Assembly (NCBI GenBank): GCA_051294375.1
Contig: CM119263.1
Span: 23,257,109 to 23,321,108 of the forward strand
Source of the DNA: Paraspadella gotoi
Lineage: Eukaryota > Animalia > Chaetognatha
Reading direction: 5' to 3'
DNA: 64,000 nucleotides
This document shows, piece by piece, positions 36,241 through 51,690 of the stretch. The notes beneath the pieces were generated by a model, which worked only from the letters and a program-made list of their open reading frames with translations, ran no database searches and was not told the DNA's origin. How positions within the stretch are numbered: the first letter of the stretch is position 1; every line of letters begins with the position of its first letter. A program made the translations under genes and the position numbers.

Positions 36241-39200
36241 GACCCCGGTGTGACCGCACGCACAATAAGCCTGGAGGTGTGTGAAAAAAAATCCCTTTTA
36301 GGTAAAAAGTTGATATGTTTTGTTGATTGTGGTTGACTCTCGGCACCCTCCACCGCTCCACCTTTTCTCTCCCCCACTCCGGAGAGGAATACCCATACAC
36401 CCGTCCTTCAGATCCCATCAGCGCCCTTCTGACCTTAGCTCCACTAAACGACTCTTACCCTTGCCCCCACTTGTCGTTTGAGTACACTAAGTACGTACGC
36501 TAGGAGCTATTTAGTTTGGAAAAACAATTAGCAGGTTAACCGAAAGTAAGTTTCATTATATATCGGAATCTACACAACAGGTGCTCGTCTGTATCGGGGT
36601 GGCCGTCATTTGTGATGTAGCGTAATGGGACGGCGACCGAGGGGAGAAGAAGAAGAGAGAGGAAGAAGATGAAGCGAGTAGAGAGTTATGATGAGATGAC
36701 CGAGGAGAATATGAGATGAAGAGAGAGTAGTCCACCCGAGCGAGAGAGCCAGGAGGGGGGAGGGAGGAGATAGAAGAGCACGAGAGCCAGCAGCAGAGAA
36801 GAAGAAGAAGAGAGAGAGAAGAGAGAAGAAGAGTATTCGCCCGCCGCGGCCTCCACACATTCGGAAAAAACAGCTTTGTCCAAGAGAAATAGTTTGGGGT
36901 GCCTCCTCCCTTTTTATATTTTTGGGGGGAAATTTTTTAAATAATTTAATTAATATTTTAAATTAAGTATTGGTACCGACCATCCTCTCTACCCCACCCA
37001 TATCATTCACTTAGGCTCAATAGTTGCTAGAAGCAAACATGATTAGGAGCACTCACACCCCCCCACACCATATTGCTTTGTTTTGGTTCTCTGTTTTATT
37101 TTCGTATCACTTGTGCATGAGCCCCTCCCCCGCTCGAACCTCTTTCCTAAAAATTCCCTTCCCGTTAGAGATTGATTTATTTCTCTTTCGCCTCAATAGT
37201 CAAAAATAATTTATTTGGGGAAGGAGGGTCGTGGTTCTTCCGACTAGTATTTCTTTTAAGAAATCTCCTCACCGATCCTTGGCTGAGAGTTCCCTTTTCC
37301 CTAATTGGTTAGTCAAAAAGAAAACAAAAAAAGTACACTAGATAAATTCACAACGCCAGCCACCAAGCCACACCACACCAAACAACACCAGAACACCACT
37401 CAATCACACAAACCCCAAGCGAAAGTAACGTCAAGAACACAGACAAAACCACGTAAAAACCAACAACCATCAAACTAGGGAAAACCGGTCCACACCCACA
37501 CACGAAGCTCCGTAACGTCAACAGCTCAACATGGGGGGCTATGGAAGTTTAAGTGTAAAGAAAATTTGAGTGTCACGCCCCACGCACAACGAATCCCCCG
37601 AACACACAAGCATTTAAGAATGAAACTTGTCATCCATTTTTTCCCAAATTGCCTATTTCCCTCCCCTTTTTTTCTAGTTTTTTCCACCCACCTTACCCAT
37701 TCACCTATTTACATTTTATTTGCCCTTTTTCAAAAAAAATTAATAATTATGCGATCCCTCCACCCATTTTAAAAAAATTATGAAGTAATGCAAATAATAT
37801 ATAGACTTCCAAGCTCCAACCGCCCCCTCGACTTTGTGTTTTTTTCCGCACCTATTTTCCCTCCCCACCCCCTTTCGAATCTTCCCTCTCAGGATCGCGA
37901 TATGCTTTTCCATTCCCACACCGCCTTCTCTTTCAATATCCCCGCACTCCAACTCTAAATTTTTTCATCTCAATCTCCCCTCACTTCTTTTTCCCCCCCC
38001 GCTTTCCCACATTCACTCCGATCCCTCTACATCCTACCTGAGTTACTCTTTTGCCGAGTCTCAACATCCAAAAGGAACACATCTCACCCCTCTTCCACAC
38101 CATCGCCTTTTACCCTCTTTTTCCTCCGCCATTCCTCTAAACTTTCTGGCCCAATTTCTTCTCTTCTTTCTGTCTTACTCCGCCATTTTTCTTCATCTCG
38201 TAGGAGATTTATAACTCACGCCCCTCTCATTCAACTCTCCTACCCCACCACCCAAAATTCCTCCATTCCAATCCCACTGCAACCTCCCCAATTCTATTGA
38301 TCCGCCTTTATTTTTTAGTACGCTCTGTCCTTCGCTAACCGCCCGGAGCCCGACCCCGGGACGCGCACCAAGACAATACATAGGATTATCATGATCTTTT
38401 AATCAAACACACATATAATGAACATTACCTTCCCTATATTTTGCCTACTTTAGTTCTTAATTTATTATTTTATTTCTTTTTTGATAATCTGCTTTTCTCT
38501 AATTAACCCCTTATCTCTTCATAATCAAATTACGCACGCTCGTTACATGCCGCCTTCCACCCCAGTTTCCGAATTCATTTATAGATCAAAAGATCCCGCA
38601 AACCCGGTGAGAAATAGTTATTCAAATACCATCCACATGACTATCTCGAATTTTTAAAGTTATATATAAAGTCATTATATCAAAAACTTTTGAGTGAAAA
38701 ATATGTGATTATAACTTGAAAATAAATTTTATTCTATCCCGCCACACCCCGCCCTGTGCCTGGACTATTGAGGAGACTGACGAGTAGTAGTAGTTATGAT
38801 TTAGTATGAATTATTGATTTGTATGATTTGAGGGAGGAGAAAAGGGAGCGCACGAGAGAGAGGAGAGAGAGAAGGACAAATTGCGAATATTTATAGTTTG
38901 ATTGTTTTTTTTTTGGTTTCTAGGTTGCGTTTTATCCCTTCTTTTTCTTTCCCTCAACTGATAGGTCGTCTCGATTTCGATGTGGTGTTAAGGTCTTTCA
39001 GCTGCTTTCGCCGCGCGGCCCACATTTAGGTTTTGTGTCCTTGTTATGGACCGAGTCCTCATTTCTTTTTTCTCCTCTCTCTCTTCTGCCTCTCCTCCTC
39101 CTCTTTTTCGTTCACCCCTCCCTCCTCCGGCTCTGGGGCTCCGCGGGGTTTTTCTACACATACTAAAACCTTGGCCCCCCTTTTTCCCTCATCACTCACA

Positions 39201-42200
39201 TCTTTTCTGGCTGGGCGAATATTAAGTTAATAAATTTGGTTTTTCCCCCTCCTCCTCATCCCTCGACCACATCCCACCTACCCCGGAAATAACCTTTTAT
39301 ACAATAATATTATAGGGTGGTACTCAAACACAAAAATATTAAAAGAGAGCCTAAGCTAATTTTTTCTGGCTAGGAAGCGAACCTACACTCATGGACTGGG
39401 GGCAAAAAAGATCTAACGTATACCCCCTTTTCCCACCCTCTTAATTTATTTGATCGATTTAGTTGATTTTAAATTAATTTACAAATAATTCAAGCATCTT
39501 CACTATAAGAGAGGAGCCCCAACATAGTTACAGAAATTATCTCCAGCTTATTGTCAAAATTTTTTTAAAAATCTTTAAAAATACCACACCAGGAGAAGAA
39601 GAAGACGCTGGTGAAGTTAAGAAGTGTTATCGATATAGTGCCATTCCCCTCTGTAATTAATCTATCAACCCCCTTTTGGAGGAGCACCTTGACCTCTTTA
39701 CCAGAGGCGAACCCGGGTGGTTAAGAAAAATATAATATGTCCCACAACTGAAAATTGCACTGCCGAGGAGTGAGATACGAATGAATTATCAATGCAATAA
39801 TGAATGAATGAATGAATGTAATGAAATGAATGAATGAATGAATTGAATGAATGAATATGAATGAATGAATGAGTGAACTGTTTTTAACGAATGAATGAAT
39901 GAATTAATATTAAAAAATTCATAAATAAATAAAAAATGTAAAAATGAATATTGAATAATAAATAATATTATCAAAATTCAAATAATTTATATTATAATAC
40001 AACTTTTATTTATTTTTGATATTCTTTATTTAACTACTTAATTTAAATATTAAGGGAGAACTTATCTAAATAGATTGTGGGAGGAAGAATGAGACGGAGA
40101 GAAATTTCAGCGGGAGAGTAATAACATATATCTATTTTACTGAATGAGACGAGAAAAAAAAAAACTTTATATTTGATTAAAAACTCAGCTCTTCCGGTTT
40201 TACGACGTTTATTACTACGTACGACGCTCGATTACTCGGAAGGCGAGGGGACGAAAGGTATATCTGGTGTGACAAGTATATGACTGACGACGGAGAAGAC
40301 GATCGAAGACGATCTCCTTACTTGTTGTTGCGAAAATATGGTCAAGTGTTTAATCGCAGGTCTCTTAAGTCTATTGACGGTATTGGGCGGTTCACGCGGC
40401 CCCGCACACCTCCGTTTGCGAATTGGAAAATTTGGCCTAGCTAGATTAATATTCTTTTTTTTATTATCATCTGTATTCGTCTCATCCCTTTAATTTTTTC
40501 TTGGATTAATATTAGTTAGAAACTACAATTTTAAGGTTACCCAAAATCGTATGGCACTGAAACTAGGAATAATAAGAATATATAACAGTAATCTTTTTAC
40601 AAAAAACATAAATATTAAACTCAGACACTACAAACATCGTATAGTGACTAAAATTGGCTTGTTTCGTTCCGCAGGCGGGAGTACGTGCGGATAGGCGTAA
40701 GCGAATCTGCCTCTTCTTCTCTCTCTCTCCTCTTTGTACTACTCATCCAGATTTTCCCTCCAATACTCTCATAATGAGTCTCTCTTCTTTCCTTTCTCTC
40801 CTCTCTTTCTTTCTTTATATTTCTTTTCTTTCTCTCTGGTTCTCTCTCTCTCTTTCTCTGGCAGAATCAACAAGTTCTGTTTTCTTTTCCTCTCAGAACC
40901 CTTCACGAACTTATCCCCCCTCATCAGAATAACTATCCCCCAAATTGCACCAACGCTCTCCCCCGATTCCCCCCAATTGTTCACGTCCCCTTTATTGTCT
41001 GTTTTCGTCCCGGCTCCCGGCTCCCCCCGCAGCGCGACCCAGATAATTCCCCCGCCTGTCGCCTGTTTTTCTTTAAGAAACTCTATTTGGGAAGGGAGAT
41101 TTTCTCAAAAAAAGTGTTTTCCCCCCCCCCCGACCCGCCCCCAACCGCTGAATGCACCACGCCCTCCCCGCTCGCGTTCTTGCCATTCATTGTTTGCGGT
41201 TCCCCACCCAGCCCTTGGGAAAACTAAATTCCTTTGCAGCTTTCGCAAGCCGCAGCACCCGCGGAGAGCAATTTGTGCAATTTTCTCTTCCCTTAAACCT
41301 TTTTTAAAAAGATGGTGTTGGTCTGGATGCCTGTCCCCAAAATGCCGTAAATGTTGTTGGGTTTTCTTTTTGTGCTCTTTTTCCCCTTGGTTCCCGCCCC
41401 CATTTCACCTCCGACGACCCGCAGAAAAAGCTACACCTTCCCTCTTTCTATGCCCAAGTCCGCCAAAAAGGTTTGACCATAGAGGGCTAGAATAAATAAA
41501 TTTTTCTGGTTTAAATTCTCCCAAATATAGAAAACATACTTGAATCTTTTATTCTGTAATCTCGTTCCCTTTCCTCTGAGAGAGCCATTCCTCACTCGCT
41601 TTTCCTTGATTATTTTTTTTTTTCTTGTTCCCCACTTGCCTTCGTTCCTTCGAATATATGATTTCGTTTAATATACTTTATTTCCAGTTATATAATATTT
41701 CTCAGGTCGCCGTAACTCAGCGCCGTCCACTGCATCTAAATCTTTTCTCTTTCTTTCTATCCCATATTCTCCGCCCCCGGTTTATTACACCGTTTTAACT
41801 ATATTTCTTTTGCTTTTTCCTCCCCACCTTTTTTTTTCATGTCTCTCCTTTTCGCTCTCCTTCAATTTCTTTCTCTCCTCTCTTTTTTCTTTCTTTGGGT
41901 CGTGCATCACAACTCTTGGTCTCGGTTCTGAACCCCCCAGAAAAGGGTTTTTGGGGGAACCCCATGAAAATTGGTTTTGCTCTTTAAAGAAGAATTCTCC
42001 CTCTTCTTCTTGGGTTGGGTGGGGTCGTGACACATCCAGGTCACTCCCTCTCCCCTTGTTGGGTTACTCATCTTGGCAGGGTCTTTATAAACATCCGTGC
42101 TTCTTCTTTCCATACTCTCTCCCTCTTTTTAGTGTTCTCCCTGCCCCATATTCAAGTAATACATAAGCAGTTCTAGAGAGGTGAATGCCCCTTGGAGATT

Positions 42201-42755
42201 GAAAAATATGGTGTTTGTTAGATTTCTCGCCGCCCGCCACTGCTCTTTTTCTGGCATCCGCCTCCTCCCTCCCATATGTGTTGCCGAAGGAGAGGAGTAT
42301 TTAGGATATATTGGTATACGGTGCTCCGCATAAACTCGGTGCAAGTTCTTTCTCTTTTCTTCTTCTCTTTCACTACCATCTTATTTCTCTATTCTTCTCT
42401 TTTCTGTGCGTGGTTGGGGTTTTTTTCTTATTCCCGCCTCTCGTGTTGTTTTGCCTCGCTTCTCAAGTATTTAATGAAAAGACCGGGCGTCGTGGCTTGT
42501 GGGGTGGGGGTGGGTGTGAGAGCCGCGACTCAATATTCCTTCTCACATACACTCAACCGCATCTCACTCTCTCTCATACCACACCCTCTTGTCAAAAGAG
42601 TTGAAAGCGGCCCCGGTTCACTTTTTGGGTCCGTAGTATTTGCAGAAGGGAATCGGGGTGAATTTTCCTTTGGTGGTTAAAAAAAGTAATAATGAAAGAC
42701 CAAGCAGTGGTGCAAGTGGGTAGAGAAAGTGATTATCAATTAATTAATAAATAAG
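36241..42755 (+). repeat. Insertion-rich degraded tandem copy of about 32500-36215; probable assembly artefact
   Basis: Collinear anchors: gaccttagctccactaaacgactct (about 32650 vs 36430), ccttggctgagag (33137 vs 37277), acattaccttccctatattttg (33830 vs 38422), aaaattcaaataatttatt (34718 vs 39973), gcagaatcaacaag (35375 vs 40861), ctcttgtcaa-like end (36110 vs 42587). Begins immediately after a 25-N gap. Confidence 0.9.
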
Positions 42756-44139
42756 GCGCAGAGGGGCGAGGGTCCTGATGTTTTAGACGGGGCCTCCCTC
42801 TATCTCGATACTATCATCTATAAGGGGCTTCTAATCTCATCTCTCATGCTCTCTCATGATCAAAGGGTCTGCTCGTCGGTCTAGCCTCCCTCATCACTCA
42901 TCATATTCTGGGGAGATGACCTATGGGCGTGTGCGTGCAATGAATCATCAATCATATCTCTCTTCTTCTCGCTTCTTACATACTCGGGGTCACTCAATCT
43001 AGAACAATGTTAAATCTCACATTTTTGCGGGTAAAAATCATAATCATAAACGAACAGCTGTTCTCTAAGAAACGTGACGCGAGTTGGTCGTTGGCCGAAA
43101 AAGAAAACCCAAGGGGCAAGAGTGGCCGTCTGCTTCACGAAATTCTTTCGATTTTCGCGCAGAAAAACTGTCGGGTGAGAAGTGAAGATTTCTTGGTCCG
43201 CCAGAATCCTCGTTTCCGGTTTGTGGCCGTAGGGTCTATTTTTTTTTTGTCGACTCCGAAAGAGATTCAGGAAGTTATCACGTTTAAAATATCAAAGCCA
43301 AAGATTTTCCTTCTTAATTTTCGTTTTGTTTCAGAAAGANNNNNNNNNNNNNNNNNNNNNNNNNNNNNNNNNNNNNNNNNNNNNNNNNNNNNNNNNNNNN
43401 NNNNNNNNNNNNNNNNNNNNNNNNNNNNNNNNNNNNNNNNNNNNNNNNNNNNNNNNNNNNNNNNNNNNNNNNNNNNNNNNNNNNNNNNNNNNNNNNNNNN
43501 NNNNNNNNNNNNNNNNNNNNNNNNNNNNNNNNNNNNNNNNNNNNNNNNNNNNNNNNNNNNNNNNNNNNNNNNNNNNNNNNNNNNNNNNNNNNNNNNNNTC
43601 TCTCTCTCTCTCTCTCTCACTCTCTCTCTCTCTCTCTGAGTCGGATTTTGAATTTCTTTCGGCCGGTGCCGTCTCTTTCTTTGACTTCCGGTCCTGGAAA
43701 AGTAATAACCACTCATCGTTTCTCCTTTGCCTTTCCAAATCCTGGAAAGGATTTCTTTTTTTTTCTCCGGTGGAAAATAGCCTAAAGTTGTTGTAGTTGT
43801 TGTTGTTGTTGTTTTCCACCGACGACCGCTTTTCCCAGTGAATTCGTTAAAGACCTCCGGACCCAAGGGTCGAATTCGTTTCCCACCGAGTTCCGGGTTT
43901 GAACCTGGAAGGTCCTCGCCCAAGACCCCGAGCTTTTAACGATCGGGGCCGACGGGAGAGTCCGGCGGAGAGATTGGTGGGAAAAGAATCCGCAGCGAAA
44001 GAGGGCACGCGATTCGCTTTTCAAAGTCTTTTTATGAAATTCATGATTAATAGAAACCGAGATTCTTTACAACCGATGAAGTTTAGGGGAAAAGTAAAAC
44101 GGGGGGAAAAAAATTTATTTCGAGTGGAAAAACGGGCAT

Positions 44140-44256
<117 letters not shown>

Positions 44257-45685
44257 CAGGAAATGACGTCAGAATCATCACGTGACCTGGACCGATGATT
44301 TGTTATTTAGCATCTCCTCCCACTCGCCGGCCTCAACTTCCGCCGGTCGGGGTCACGCGGTTTCGATCCGTGACCTCCGCCGAGTTCAAGGGGCGTCGTT
44401 GTTGTCGGCGACGTCGTTGATGTTGTTGTCGTCGGCGTCTTCTCCCATCGTGATCGATGAAAATCATCATTTTCATCATCATCGTCATCGTCATCGACCC
44501 TAAAAACAGATAAAACGTAAAGAAACGAAAGAAAAAAAAACACGAAGAAAGAGAAAGAGAACCGAAATTGTATTGAATTATATATTTTTTTCGCAATGTA
44601 TTATCTCTATTTAGATAATTTTCTAACCGTATTATTAACTACAATTGATTTTAAATATTTATGACTAATTTTAAAAATTAACGCCGGTAAATTTTGAACC
44701 TGGATACTCTTGTCAATTACAATTTCTCACAATTTTCTCGGCTGACTTGACCTTAAGTAAAGCCTACCCATCTATCACCTCACTTCCTTCCTCCCCCACG
44801 TCCACCCCCCACCATGCGGTCCACGCAGCGCCGCCCGGATCCCGCCCGTCGGAGCCGCCTAATAAGGCGAAACCGCCTGCGTCACCTTATGACGTATCGC
44901 TCTTTGATTTTCCACCCACTACCAAAAAGGCACCGACCACGAAATCCCGAGTCGCTCTCCCCCCCGCCCCCTCAAGTTTTCATTTTGACAGAAAGTCGCC
45001 GCCGGGCATGGTTCGTTCCAGTAGCCTAATTACGCGGTCGGTCTGTCGATCTGGGTACCGTTCTCTCAGTCAGTCAGGAAACGAGGAAATAGTCGTCAAA
45101 AACGAAAAATCTCTTTGACACTTTGTCTCATGCAATACGTACGTACATTCGTGCAAAGTCACACGCAAAAGTGCATTCGAAAAAATCCTACATCAAACGT
45201 TCTTAAGCGGGTGGTCGCACACGAAAACAAACGAGCGAACACGCAAATTTACGGACGTAATCTTTTGACCCTTAATCTTGCCGGTCATGTTTACCTCAAT
45301 TCAATAACAACAACAATTATTCTTTCGACAAAGTCAGTTTTTGGCGATTGTCATTCGCGACTCTTTCTTTTAATACGAAGGTTTTTTTCGTTGTTATTTA
45401 TGAATTTTGTAAAAAAAAAATACTGAAAGTATTTATGATTGATTTATTTCGAGTTTTAAAGGAACCGAGAGCGATGGCAACATTGAGCAACTTCCTCACG
45501 TCTCTGTGTCAGTCTAGACAAAGACGACAATTTTGACGCCGGCGAATGATACTCCCGAGACCGGCGTCCGTCTATCGTTCATTCGTCAATTCAGAGCACA
45601 ACTTTTTACAAGAGATACTTATGATAATACTGCCATCTTAATTCACTTTTGAAGCTCATTGGACGACTTCATTTACGTTCTACTC

Positions 45686-45816
<131 letters not shown>

Positions 45817-48301
45817 ACTTTCACTTTCTTCTTGCTTGAGTGACGATTGACTTGTCTACGATATTTTAACAATAACAACAACAACGACAGATAAGTTAAG
45901 CGGTTATTATTATACACAGTGAAAACTATCCTACAGCATATCTCAAGTTTTTTTTTAAATTTCTCTAAAACAACGAACGCCCACAAAATTATTACGCACA
46001 TATTGTAGAGATTTCTNNNNNNNNNNNNNNNNNNNNNNNNNNNNNNNNNNNNNNNNNNNNNNNNNNNNNNNNNNNNNNNNNNNNNNNNNNNNNNNNNNNN
46101 NNNNNNNNNNNNNNNNNNNNNNNNNNNNNNNNNNNNNNNNNNNNNNNNNNNNNNNNNNNNNNNNNNNNNNNNNTTCTGGCAGTGAGTGTGTGTGTGTTGT
46201 TAAGTGTTTCCTGTGTCGAGTCGCTGCGAGTTTTATTTACACTGTGACACAGAAAAGAAAGAAAAGGTTATTACGTCAAAAGAAAAATTGTAGTAATAGT
46301 TATAGACACGGTGACGCCAGCTGCTACCTTCTTTATCTTTTTTTTCTCTATACGATTTTTTTTTTTGTTCTGTACTCTGCGTTAGGGCGAAAAAAGTCGT
46401 CAGTAACCAAAGGGCTATGGCTATTGGCTATGGCTATGGCTATTTGATATTTGACTACGTCATTTATGATTTATATATTTAATTCATCTGACCTTGATGC
46501 GATTTCATTTTTATATCATCTTGATAAATATTAAGATTAATTTTTAATCAAAATATGGATATTAGGCACTAATGTAACCATACTTTTTTAGAATATTTTT
46601 ATAGTTGGTAAAACAATTATAATGTAAAAACCTTTTTTCCTTAACTCTTTTACGCTGTTTTATTGTTACTTTTAATTAAATTTGGTTTTAGTAACAGGCA
46701 TTAAGATTTAAAAAAATAGAAACCATTGCTCTCAAACAGCCTCGAACCCGAGACTTTTTCACCGTCTAAATTTGTCGTTGTCGAACGTTGTGAGATGTCA
46801 CGTGACTAAGAGGCCGAATTCCGATCGAATCGACAAAACTTTTTTTTTCTCATGAAAAACATTCGAACGACGAAACTGCGGCCATCTGGAGTGAGAGCGA
46901 GATGGGGAATGGGGGCGTGCGGTGGGGGTCGGTGATAAAGGAGCGGGTTGAGATCAAAAATGATGAAAAAATGACCAGCGGGGGATTGGAAAAAAAAGTG
47001 GGGAGAAAACGGAAAGAATACTGAGAGTACGAATTATTTTAAAAACTGAATGGGAAGGAAATTTGAGAAGTAATCGTGACTGAGATTTCTTACTCGCGTT
47101 GATCGTTAGGAAATGGGTAACAGTGTACTTCGATGCCACGTCGTTGCCGTGAAAAAGGCTGGGTGACGGCGAAGCTATCGAGAGCGGCTGTCACGTCGGA
47201 GTGACACTCGGTGGTGGTGAAAATCGAGTGGGGCTGTCACGGCCGCGATATCAGGCGGCTCGAAACGGCGGAAGAGGCTGACGTGAATTTACGACCTTTC
47301 AAAGTTGGGGGTGGTGAGGTGAAGGGAAGCGAGCAGGGGTGGTGAAGTCAGGGGGTGAAAGGGAGTCAGGGGGGGAGGAGAAGATGTTGGAAGAGGCTGC
47401 GAGCAGGAAGAGGAAAAAAGAGGTCAAAGATGAAAAGACATGAGAGAGAAGAGGGAAGAGGATATTTATTATTTAATCCTCAAGAAAAAGTAAGGTCGTT
47501 AAATCAGAAAAGGTATTAATAAATCTGAAATATTAAATCACTTCATTGATTGGGAATCTGGCAATTGATTAAGGGGACTGTGAGAGAGTTCCAATTGAAA
47601 GCTTGCATGGTCCTGCTAGGGTTTTTCTCTTGTAAGAGGGATGGAGGACCTAAACCAACAGTTTTTGTCCAAAGTCAGGAGCAAAATAGCGAATTAGTCA
47701 AATGATTAGATATTTATTTTTATTCTTATACAAAGTCGAAATAAGAAATATGACAATGATTATGAAGCGTATATATATAAAGTTGTGTCAATCAGATTTT
47801 GTTTTCAGCCGTCCGTGATCTCCGAAGGTTTTCTTTGTTTGGTCGTCGGAATATCCTTGCGAAGGAGAGTGATGGTCGCAGGAAACGGAAGTGTTTTCAA
47901 CTCTTTTTCTCATTGCGCAAATTAAGGAAAAAGGAAAAGAAGGAAAAAATTAGAAAAAACAATGGAAAGGAAATGAAATCAACAAAATCAAAAGAGCGTT
48001 TTGTTCCTTTAACTCCGCGATTTAAGGAGTGGTAAGGCAAAAAAATGGCGTTATTCGTAGCGGTGCTTCGAGGGTGTTGCCATCTGGCAGTGAACCATTT
48101 TCCTTACGTCTTCATGACTCTTCACACAAGAAGAAGAAGAAGACGACGACGACGACGACAAACGACATTCGAAAGCACACGTGTGACACTTGAATCGTCG
48201 AAGTAGGAAACGAAATTTCGAAAAACCTTTTATTGATAAAAATTAGATTTCCTTTCATACTTTTTTTTTCTACCGTTTCAAAAGAAATTTAAAATAGAAA
48301 T

Positions 48302-48312
48302 AAAGAAAGAAA

Positions 48313-48364
<52 letters not shown>

Positions 48365-48474
48365 AAAAAGAAAAGAAAAGAAAAGAAAAGAAAAGAAAAG
48401 AAAAGAAAAGAAAAGAAATGAAAAGAAAAGAAAAGAAAAGAAAAGAAAAGAAAAGAAAAGAAAAGAAAAGAAAA
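48302..48474. repeat. (AAAG)n/(AAAAG)n microsatellite
   Basis: Seen directly. Confidence 0.9.
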
Positions 48475-49694
48475 AAAATAGGAGGAACAGAAAATAATTT
48501 TATTTTTCTACTTTGAGTGGTGAACAAAAAAAAACCACTCGAGTCTAATTTAGGCGATAAATTCGGTTATCTGTCTCGCGACAATGAGTTTTTATCCGGG
48601 CCGCCGAGTGGAACCGGGTGGGATTCGAACCCGGGTCGATGTGATTCAATTCCCGCTCCTTCTCACTCGGGGGAGAACCGTGAGAACGCGCGAGAGACGG
48701 TGACGAAGCGACAGGACCGACAGGTGGCATCCGCTGTCGTCGTCGTCTCCGTCACACCAAACGATTCTTGAGGATTTCACCTGCAACTACAGATGCAATC
48801 TTTCTTAGGATTGGTTTACACCTGCTGATGCATATAGCTTTCAGTTCCGCTTTCAGTTAAAACCGGAGTTTTTTTCCGGCTTGGCCTACATTTACATTTA
48901 CATTTACGATACATTTTTTTACTACAACGCGTCAAAGTTTTAAACTACATCCAAAAATACCCAACTTTTTGAGGCCGTAGCAAAACTTCCCTCGGTCTGG
49001 AAACAACAACCACAAAAACACCGAAATCTTTGGGCAATCTGCGTTGATGCCGTCCGACATCCGTGCGAATCATTCGAGATCATTGCGAAAAAAAAAACAT
49101 AAAAGATAAAAAGATCCGGAGTTGCTTCGCTGGTCCGACAGGCCATTCACGTTGCGAGAGACAAGACTGAAGATCTCCATTGGTCAATTATGTTTTAATA
49201 TTCCGTTTCTATAATCTCGTAGACAAAAATAGTTAGCAAGCAAACGCTCTCGTTTTTTTTTACTCATACTTAATACTTATTTACTAAACTATGTAGATTG
49301 TAGAATGTTCCCGAAGATTCACAATTGTATTTCACTTACGCTTACAATCATTTTCGACCTCAATCACAGTCACTTTTATTCACTTAAATCCGTCAACAAA
49401 ATTCACACATGATTTACTTAAATTAATGCAACTATGACCATTTTTCTTTCGATTTCGAATCGCACACATTAATTTTTTGTATTTAAATCGCAGTTTCTTT
49501 CACACGTTCACAATCTATTCCACTCACGACTCGTCAGTTTCAATACACTTCACGTTTTCTCTTTTGTTTTCTTCTCACCAAAATCAATCACCCGAATTTC
49601 CCTCCAAATTTAAATATCGAGCACGTGTGCATCGAGTCTGTGAAAGTTTGAAGACGAAAAAAAAAAGATCTTGCTTCTTTCATTCTCGGAATCG

Positions 49695-49736
<42 letters not shown>

Positions 49737-50640
49737 CAGTCGAGAAAATTGGAGAATTTCTTTATTAATTAGATTTATTTTAATAATAACTTCCTTTTTC
49801 CGGCTCCCGGTGTTTTTTGTCGATCTGCTTTTTTTCCTTTTCTGTCCGCAAATCAGAACCACGAATCAGTTTGATTGTTGTGATATCCTGCTATTTGCTT
49901 TTCTTGTTTCAATAAGCCTGTCTTTCTGTGAGTCGGTTCTTTCGACTTTCTATTTTACTTTCTATTTTATTTTCTTTCTTTCTTTCTTTCTTTCTTTCTT
50001 TCNNNNNNNNNNNNNNNNNNTCTTTCTTTCTTTCTTTCTTTCTTTCTTTATTTCCTCCTTAATTCGTCCATCATCTTCTTTATTAGACTTTTTTCCCTTG
50101 TTTATCTTTTTTTTTTGTTTTTTCCGTTTTTTTTTTCAGTTTTTCTTTTCAGCTTTTCCCGCCTTTGCTGCTTCTCCTCCTCCTCATTGCCAACTCTTCC
50201 TCTGCTCCTCCTCCTCCTCCTCCTCCTCATCCTCCCACTCCTCCGTTCCCTTTCTGCCCTCGGGAGAATCCTGTTCAATGTTCTAAATCCTCTTCTTTGG
50301 GTCACTCCACGACCCCTTCGCCTCTTCCTCCTCCTCCACACCCCTTCCTCCTCTTCAAAATAATTTCCTCTTCCTCCTCTCTCTAGTTAGGCCTTACTCG
50401 CTCTTCTTCCTAAAACTTTTTTTTCTGATCTGGCCAGTAGACTCACTCTTGCGTGTCTCACACTTTTTTCTTTTTTTTTTCTTTCTTTTTTTTATATCAA
50501 TTTTACTTTTTTTTCGATTTTTGTTTGTTTTGGGGAGGTTAATTCAATAACGAGCTCGATTTCCGGGAGAACGGAGAGTGAAAGAGAGAGAAGAAAATAG
50601 AGAAAAAGCGACTGGAAGCTTTAGAAGAGAGAGAGAGTAA

Positions 50641-50672
<32 letters not shown>

Positions 50673-51628
50673 AGAGAGAGAGAGAGTTTAATTCCGTGTT
50701 TTTTTTTTTTTTCTCCCCTCTCGCTGTTTTGTCTTTCAATTTTCGTCCAGTTTTGGTCAGGATTCTCTTTGCTTTTCGTCAAAAAAAAAAATGTTTGGCT
50801 TTTAAAACGGAAAACTGGCGAATATTTTTCCTGCCCCTCCCCGGTTCTCTTATTCTTCCGCACTCATGCCAGACAACCCTCTCTTCAATTACCGCTCTNN
50901 NNNNNNNNNNNNNNNNNNNNNNNNNNNNNNNNNNNNNNNNNNNNNNNNNNNNNNNNNNNNNNNNNNNNNNNNNNNNNNNNNNNNNNNNNNNNNNNNNNNN
51001 NNNNNNNNNNNNNNNNNNNNNNNNNNNNNNNNNNNNNNNNNNNNNNNNNNNNNNNNNNNNNNNNNNNNNNNNNNNNNNNNNNNNNNNNNNNNNNNNNNNN
51101 NNNNNNATAACATTTTTCAGCTTAAAATATAGCTTTTTCTAATGTTTTGACCCACACTTTAATGAAGGAATTTTTCAAAAAGAGTTAATATTTCTTTTTT
51201 TCAACTTTTTTGACGATCCAAAATCGCAAAAAAATTTTAGAAAAAACTGCTTGTTGTGAACATTTTAATATATATTATTGATTAAGTACTAGTATAAATA
51301 TGGCCTACTGCGTAAATTGTAAAATTTATTATAAATTTTTTTATTACATAAAATGTTTATTAGTATAATGATTGTTCATTCCCTCACTTTAGAATTTTAA
51401 TCTAATGGTGGTGGGGAATTTAGAAATTTTACTACGCCTTTAATGGGCATCCTCTCAGACCCTCCTCCTCCTCTTCATCGTCGACTTCATCTCTCTCTTC
51501 GTCTCCCTCTTTCCTCCCCCGCATCCGCTTTCCTCGTCGTCTCCTTCTCTTCATTCTTTTGCCCCGGAAGCGAATAACTCCTTGGATTTCAAATGACCGG
51601 AAGTAGAAAGAAATCTTGCCAACTTCCT

Positions 51629-51690
<62 letters not shown>

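Noticed and set aside
40734-41495. 253-aa ORF
   Set aside because: Lies within the error-rich duplicate region and is low complexity.
48605-48645. tRNA B-box-like GGTTCGAATCC on the minus strand
   Set aside because: No A-box, acceptor stem or cloverleaf could be built; at most a SINE fragment.
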